Below are positions 56,483 through 64,000 of a DNA stretch of 64,000 nucleotides, piece by piece. The position numbers and the translations under genes are program-made. Source of the stretch: the human T2T-CHM13v2.0 reference genome, Homo sapiens. The first letter of the stretch is position 1. Each line of letters starts with the position of its first letter. The DNA is taken from assembly GCF_009914755.1 (NCBI RefSeq), contig NC_060940.1; one strand, written 5' to 3'. The notes beneath the pieces were generated by a model. It was not told the DNA's origin and did not search any database. It saw nothing but the letters and a program-made list of their open reading frames with translations.

Positions 56483-59400
56483 CTTTTTATTTTATTTTAA
56501 GTTCCAGGATACATGTGCAGGATGTACAGGTTTGTTACATAGGTAAATATGTGCCATGGTGGTTTGCGGTACCTATCAACTTATCACCTAGGTAATAAGC
56601 CTAGCATGCATTAGCTATTTATCCTGATGTACTCCTTCCCCTAAACATCCCCCACCCCTGCCAACAGGCCCCAGCGTGTGTTGTTCCCCTCCCTGTTTTC
56701 ATGTATTCTCATTATTCAGCTCCCACTTACAAGTGAGAACATGCGGTATTTGGTTTCCTGTTCCTACATTAGTTTGCTGAGGATAACTGCTTCCAGCCCC
56801 GTCCATAGCCCTGCAAAGGACATGATCTCATTCCTTTTTATGGCTGCATAGTATTCCATGGTGTATATGTACCATGTTTTCTTTATCTAGTCTATCATTG
56901 CTGGGCATTTGGGTTGATTCCATGTCTTTGCTATTATTAATAGTGCTGCAGTGAACATACTCATGCATATATCTTTATAATAGAATGATTTCTATTCCTT
57001 TGTGTATATATCCAGTAATGGGATTGCTGGGTCAAATGGCTTTTCTGATTCTAGGTCTTTGAGGAAAGGAATTGCCACACTGTCTTCCACAATGGTTGAA
57101 CTAATTTACATTCCCACCAACAGTGTAAATGCGTTCTCTCTCCACAGCCATGCCAGCATTTGTTGTTTCTTGACTTTTTAATAATTGCCATTCTGACTGG
57201 TGTGAGATGATATCTCATTGTGGTTTTGATTTGCATTTCTCTAATGATCAGTGATGTTGAGTGTTTTTTCATGTTTGTTGACCACATAAATGTCTTCTTT
57301 TGAGAAGTGTTTATTCATGTCTTTTGCCCACTTTTTGATGGGTTGTGTTTTTCTTGTAAATTTAAGTTCCTTGTAGATTTTGGATATTAGACCTTTGTCA
57401 GATGGATAGATTGCAAAAAAATTTCTCCCACTCTGTAGGTTGCCTGTTCACTCTGATGATAATTTCTTTTGCTGTGCAGAAGCTCTTTAGTTTAATTAGA
57501 TACCATTTGTCAATTTTTGCTTTTGTTGCAATTGCTTTTGGCCACTGCATCATAAACTCTTTGCCTGTGCTTATGTCCTGAATGGTATTGCCTAGATTTT
57601 CTTGTAGGGTTTTCATAGTTTTGGGTTTTATGTTTAAGACTTTAATCCATCTGGATTTAATTTTTGTACAAGGTGTAAGGAAGGGGTCCAGTTTCAGTTT
57701 TTTTAATATGGCTAGCCAGTTCTCCCAGCACCAGTTATTAAGTAGGGAATCCTTTTCTCCATTGCTTGTTTTTGTCAGGTTTGTCAAAGATCAGATGGTT
57801 ATAGATGTGTGGTCTTATTTCTGAGTTGTCTATTGTGTTCCGTTGGTCTGTGTGTCTGTTTCGGTACCAGTACCATGCTGTTTTGGTTAATGTAGCCTTG
57901 TAGTATAGTTTGAAGTCAGGTAGCGTGATGCCTCCAGCTTTGTTCTTTTTGCTTATGATTGTCTTGGCTATATGGGCACTTTTTTGGTTCCATATGAAAT
58001 TTAAAGGAGATTTTTTTTTTTTCTAAATCTGTGAAGAATGTATGTCAATGGTAGTTTGATGGGAATAGCATTGACTCTATAAATTACTTGGGCAGTATGG
58101 TCATTTTCATGATATTGTTTCTTCCTATCCATGAGTATGGAATGTTTTTCCGTTTGTTTGTGTACTCTCTGATTTCCTTGAGCAGTGGTTTGTCGTTCTC
58201 TTTGAAGAGATCCTTCACTTTCCTTGTTAGTTGTATTCCTAGGTATTGTATTCTCTTTGTAGCAATTGTGAGTGGGAGTTCATTCATGATTTGGCTCTCT
58301 GCTTGTCTGTTGTTGGTGTATAGGAATGCTTGTGATTTTTGCACATGGATTTTATATGCAGAGACTTTGCCTAAAGTTGCTTGTCAGCTTGAGAAGCTTT
58401 TGGGCTGAGACAATGCGGTTTTCTAGATACAGGATCATGTCATCTGCAAACAGAGACAGTTTGACTTCTTCTCTTCCTATTTGAATACCCTTTACTTCTT
58501 TCTCTTGCCTGATTGCCCTAGCTGGAACTTCCAGTACTATGTTGAATAGGAGTGATGAGAGGCCATCCTTGTCTTGTGCTGGTTTTCAAGGGGAATGCTT
58601 CCAGCTTTTGCCCAGTCAGTATGATATTGGTTGTGGGTATGTCATTAAATAATAATACCTTATTATTTTGAGGTATATTCCATCAATATCTAGTTTATTG
58701 ACAGTTTTTAACATGAAGGGATGTTGAATTGTATCAAAGGCCTTTTCCATGTCTTTTGAGATAATTATGTGGTTTTTGTCTTTAGTTCTGGTTTTGTGAT
58801 AAATTATATTTATTGGTTTGTGTATGTGGAACCAGCCTTGCTCCCGGCAGTGAAAAGGAGAATTCCCTCCTTTTCAATTGTCTGTAATAGTTTCAGAAGA
58901 AATGGTACTGGCTTCTCTTTATACTTCTGGTAGAATTCAGCTGTAAATCTGTCTGGTCCTGGGCTTTTTTCAGTTGGTAGGCTATTTGTTGCTGCCTCAA
59001 TTTCAGAACTTGTTAGTGGTCTATTCAGGTATTCAACCTCTTCCTGGTTCAGTCTTGGAAGGGTGTATGTGTCCAAGAATTTATCCATTTCTTCTAGATT
59101 TTCCAGTTTATTTTCATAGAGGTGTTTATAGTATTCTCTGATCATTGTTTGTATTTCTGTGGGGTCAGTAGTGATATTCCCTTTATCATTTTTTATTGTG
59201 TCTATTTGATTCTCCTCTCTTTTCTTCTTTATTAGTCTACATAGTAGTCTATTTTATTAGGGTGTTTTTTTTAAAAAAAGCTCCTGGATTTGTTGGGGGT
59301 TTTTGTGAAGGGTTTTTGTGTCTCTGTCTCGCTCGCTTCTGCTCTCATCTTGGTTATTTCTTGTCTTCTGCTAGTTTTGGGGCTTGTTTGCTTTTGGTTC

Positions 59401-62400
59401 TCTAGTTCTTTTAGTTGTAATGGTAGGGTGTCAGTTTGAGATCTTTCTAGCTTTTTGATATGGGGATTTAGTCCTATAAATTTTTCTCTTAACACTGCTT
59501 TAGCTGCGTCCCAGAGATTCTGGTACATTGTCTCTGTGTTCTCATTGGTTTCAAAGAACTTCTTGATTTCTACCTTAATTTCATTATTTACCCAGGAGTC
59601 ATTCATGAACAGGGTATTCAATTTCTGTGTAGTTGTGTGGTTTTGAGTGAGTTGCTGAATCTTGAGTTCCAACTTGATTGCCCTGTGGTCTGAGAGACTG
59701 TTATGATTTCAGTTCTTTTGCATTTGCTGAGGAGTGTTTTACTTCCAATCATGTGATTGATTTTAGAGTAAGTGCCATGTGGCAGCAAGAAGAATGTATA
59801 TTCTGTTGTTTTTAGGTGGAGAGTTCTGTAGATATCTATCAGGTCCACTTGATCCAGAGCTGAGTTCAAGTCCTGAATATCTTTGTTAATTTGTTGTCTT
59901 GATCATCTGTCTAATATTGACAGCAGGGTGTTAAAGTCTTCTACTATTATTGTGTAGGAATCTAAGTTTCTTTGTAGGTCTCTAAGAACTTGTTTTTATG
60001 AATCTGGGTGCTCCTGTATTGGGTAATTATATATTTAGGGTAGTTAGGTCTTCTTGTTGAATTGAACCCTTTACCATTATGTAATGCCCTTCTTTGTCTT
60101 TTTAAAAAATATTTGTCTTTTAAAAAAAAATCTTTGTTGGTTTAAAGTGTGTTTGGTCAGAAACGAGGATTGCAACCCCTGCTTTTTTCTGCTTTCCATT
60201 TGCTCAGTAAATTTTCCTTGAGCCTATGCATACCTTTGCTTGTGAGATGGGTCTCTTGAATACAGCACACCAATGGGTCTTGACTCTATCCAGCTTGCCA
60301 TTCTGGGTCTTTTAATCGGAGCATTTAGCCCATTTGCATTTAAGTTTAATATTGTTATTGTGAATTTGATCTTGTCATCATGATGCTTGCTGGTTATTTT
60401 GCAGACTTGTTAATGTAGTTGCTTCATAGTGTCATTGGTCTTTGTACTTCAGTGTGTTTTTTGTAGTGTCTGGTAATGGCTTTTCCTTTCCATATTTAGG
60501 AAAGGAATTCCTAAATTCCTTTCCTTCAGGAGCTCTTGCAAGGCAGGAGCTTCCTTCAGGAGCTCTTGCAAGGCAGGCCCGGTGGTGATGAATTCCCTCA
60601 GCATTTGCTTATCTGAAAAGAATTTTATTTCTCCTTCACTTATGAAGCTTAGTTTGGCTGGACATGAAATTCTGGATTGGAAATTCTTTTCTTTAAGAAT
60701 GTTGAATATTGGCCCCCGCTCTCTTCTAGCTTACAGCATTTCTGCTGAGAGGTCCACTGTTAGTCTCATGGGCTTCCCTTGGCCTTTCTCTCTGGCTGCC
60801 CTTAACATTTTTTCCCTCATTTTGACCTTAGAGAATCTGATGATTATGAGTCTTGGGGTTGATCTTCTCATGGAGTATCTTACTGGGGTTTTCTGGATTT
60901 CCTGAATTTGAATGTTATTCTGTCTTGCTAGCTTGGGGAAGTGTTCCTGGATGATATTCTGGTTCCATTCTCTCCATCTCTTTCAGGGATCGGGGAGAAC
61001 CTGAATCAGTCATAGGTTCAGTCTTTGTATATAATCCAGTAGTTATTGGAGGTTTTGTTCATTCCTTTTCATTCTTTTTACTCTAATCTTGTCTGCCCAT
61101 CTTATTTCAGCAAGATAGTCTTCAAGCTCTGAAATTCTTTCCTCTGCTTGGTCTGTTCAGCTATTGATACTTGTGGTTGCATTGTGAAGTTCTCTTGTGT
61201 TTTTCAGCTCCATTGTGTCATTTATATTCCTCTGTAAACTGGTTATTCTTGGTAACAACTCCTGTAATGTTTTATTATAATTCTTAGCTTCTTTGCATTG
61301 GGTTAGAACATGCTCCTTTAGCTCAGCAAAGTTCGCTATTACCCACCTTCTGAAGCCTACTTCTGTCAGTTCATCCATCTCAGCTTCAGCCCAGTTCTGT
61401 GCCCTTACTGGAGAGGTGTTGTGATTATTTGGAGGAGAATAGGCGCTCTGGCTTTTTGAGTTTTCAGTGTTTTTCCGCTGATTCTTTCTCATCTTCATGA
61501 ATTTATCTAGCTTCAATCTTTGAGGCTACTGACCTTTGGATGGGGTTTTTGTGGGGACTTTTTTGATGATGATGATGTTGTTGTTGCTTTCTGTTTGTTT
61601 GTTTTTCTTTCAACAGTCAGGTCCCTCTTCCTTAGGGCTGCTGCCATTTGCCTAGGGTCCACTCCAGACCCTTTTCACCTGGGTCTCTCCTGCACCTGAA
61701 GGTGTCACTGGTGGAGGCTACAGAACAGCAAAGATAGCTGCCTGCACCTTCCTCTGGGAACCCCATCCCAGAGGGGCACCGACCTAATGCCAGCAGGAAT
61801 GCTCCTGTATAAAGTGTCTGGTGACCCGTGTTTGGAGTTCTCACCCAGTCAGGAGGCACAGGATCAGGGACCTGCTTAACAAAGCACTCTGGCTGCCCCT
61901 TGCTGGAGGGGCTGCACTGCACTGGGGGGAATCCCACTTGTCTGGACTGCCTGGATTTGTCAGAGCCAGCAGGGGGAAAGACTAAGTCCACTGATCCATG
62001 GAGATCACGACCGCCCTTCCTCCCAGGGGCTCCATCCCAGGGAGATCAGAGTTCTGTCCCTAACTCCCTGGCTGGAGTTGCTGGAATTCCCACAGGGAGA
62101 CCATGCCTGGCAAGGAGGGATGGGTCAGGGTCCAGCCTAAAGAGGCAGTCTGGCCACAGTCTTCTACAGCTGCTGTGCTGTGCTGTGGGGAATTCCTACT
62201 GGGTCCAAACTACCCAGTCTCCCTGGCACAGGCAGGGGAAAACAGCAGATTGGAGCTGCAGTCATGGCTGCTGCCCCTCCCCCCCAGGAACTCAGTAGTC
62301 TTAGGCAGTCTCCAGCTGAGCGACCACTGAGAATCTCCACAGACCCAAGGCCCTGGTGGGATGGGTTCCTGAGGGGATCTCCTGATCCACAGGTTGCACA

Positions 62401-62680
62401 GATCTGTGGGAAAAGCATGGTTTCCCGGGCGAAATAGCACAATCATTCACCATCTCATTTGGCTGGGGGTGGAAGTTCTCCTTGCCATGTGTGGCTCCCA
62501 GGTGGGCCGTCACTCCACCCTGCTTTTTTCCTTGCTCTCCGTGGGTCATGCCAACTGCCTAGTCAGTCCCAATGAGAGAACTTGGATACCTCAGTTGCCC
62601 GTGCAGGATTCACTTGTTTTCATTTTCAGTGGGAGCCTCTGACCGTACTTGTTTCTAGTCAGCCATCTTGGCCCCTCCCT
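56483..62680 (-). mobile_element. Near full-length inactive older L1PA (L1PA8-L1PA11 range, L1PA10-like)
   Basis: 3' UTR CACCTAGGTAATAAGCCTAGCATGCATTAGCTATTT; many short ORF1/ORF2 fragments; 5' end GGGAGGGGCCAAGATGGCTGAC on the minus strand. Confidence 0.93.
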
Positions 62681-62802
62681 GCCATATTTTTCAAGTGTTT
62701 GAACCAAAGGTATCTCTGTTTTTGAAACAATCAAAAGTCATTTGGAAATAAGTATAGTGACCAAGGTGGGGTTTTTTTGTGTTTGTTTTTGTTTTAAATA
62801 GA

Positions 62803-63110
62803 GGCCAGACATGATGATTCATGCCTATAATTCCAGCACTTGAGGGGGGCTGAGGTGGGCGGATTACATGAGCCCAGGAGTTCAAGACCAGCCTGGGCAA
62901 CATGGTGGAACTCTGTCTGTACAAAACTCTTTCTGTACAAAAGTTAGCCAGTTGTGATGTCATGTGCCTGTGGTCTCAGCTACTCTGGAGGCTGAGGTGG
63001 GAGGATCACCTGAGCCCAGGGAGGTTGAGGCTGCAGTGAGCTGTGATTGTGCCACTGCATTTCGGCCTGAGTGACAAAGTGAGAGCCTATCTCAAAAAAT
63101 AAAAAGAAAA
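62803..63110 (+). mobile_element. AluJ
   Basis: Dimeric Alu with an AluJ right arm. Confidence 0.9.
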
Positions 63111-63562
63111 CAGAAAGAGATGGATTTTTAAAGTAATGAGACAAATTTTCTCCTATGGATTTTTAAACTGATACTGAAGGCACTCCAAAGGAGATTTGCT
63201 TTAAAAAAATGTATAGTACATTTAGTGGTGGAATAAATGTATAATTTCCCAATTATTACTATAAAGGAAAATATTCACTTTGTTGTATAAAAGTTAGTGT
63301 GCTTATCTAACCATCAGTAATATTATACATCCTCCCTTTTTAATGAAATTAAAGTTGAAAAATAAGTTACTAATTTATTATGATAATCTCTTGAATACAT
63401 ACTTAAAGAATGGAGATAGAAATATATTTAAAGACCAAAATTTGGTCTTTTATTCATTTTACTTAGCATTTACTGATATGTGTACCTCTTGGATGCTCCC
63501 ACATCTTGTTGATTTCCCTTCTTTGTGTTACTATTTGCTTTTGTGTTCTATATTTCGATTGA

Positions 63563-63682
63563 TTGTAGAGATGAAAGTCTCACTGTGTTGCCCAGGCTGA
63601 TCACAAACTCCTGACCTCAAGCAGTCCTCCACCTTGGCCTCCCAAATGCTGAGATTATAGGCATGAGCCACCACACTCAACC
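63563..63682 (-). mobile_element. Alu left monomer (FLAM-like)
   Basis: GTAGAGATG..CTCACTGTGTTGCCCAGGCTG..GAGCCACCAC. Confidence 0.82.
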
Positions 63683-64000
63683 ATTTTTTTAAAACTAGCT
63701 TGTTAAAATGGAGAACAGGAGGGGAAGGACAAAAGCCAGGGTTTGTTAACTTTAGATGCTACCAAAGTGAGGGAGGGGACTTCATTTGGGTAATCTCAAA
63801 TGTTTACATAGCTTTTCAAAGATGCATGCTTGCACTACCATTTTCTGTATTCTGTTGCAATTTCTTGATACCATTATTGAGTTTATTAATGGTCTCCTTA
63901 CCATATTGTTTACCCATGTGTAGTTCAATAAGTACTGCCCTATGTGCTCATCCAATCAGCTTTCTTCTATCACTTTGTACTGCTCTGACATGGCGCTAAA

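Noticed and set aside
61632-62642. Cluster of overlapping ORFs on both strands
   Set aside because: GC-rich L1 5' UTR with few stop codons

Overview
Primate (human-like) AT-rich genomic DNA, consistent with a large intron or intergenic region. I found no intact protein-coding gene, RNA gene or CRISPR array. Almost every ORF in the supplied track derives from Alu, L1, CR1 or a KRT18 retrocopy. Main contents: (1) two full-length but disabled minus-strand L1PA elements (about 16.5-22.6 kb, L1PA4/5-like; about 56.5-62.7 kb, L1PA10-like); (2) a short young L1PA2/3 insertion with a perfect TSD; (3) a full-length processed KRT18 pseudogene with poly(A) and an 11-bp TSD (54.4-55.8 kb); (4) about 28 Alu/FLAM copies, old L1M fragments, MaLR/ERVL solo LTRs, Tigger/hAT MITEs, MIR/L2; and (5) two ancient CR1/L3 reverse-transcriptase remnants. 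Subfamily names come from recalled diagnostic sequence, not from a RepeatMasker run. I cannot support a wholly new biological system. The best second-look items are a spacer-less inverted Alu pair (long hairpin), a 54-bp TSD-flanked micro-retroinsertion of unknown source, and two repeat-poor blocks with enhancer-like motif clusters (DR1/ERRE at 31-32 kb; ZIC/SOX/HOX/POU at 48-49.5 kb). There are also several templated-insertion repair scars.
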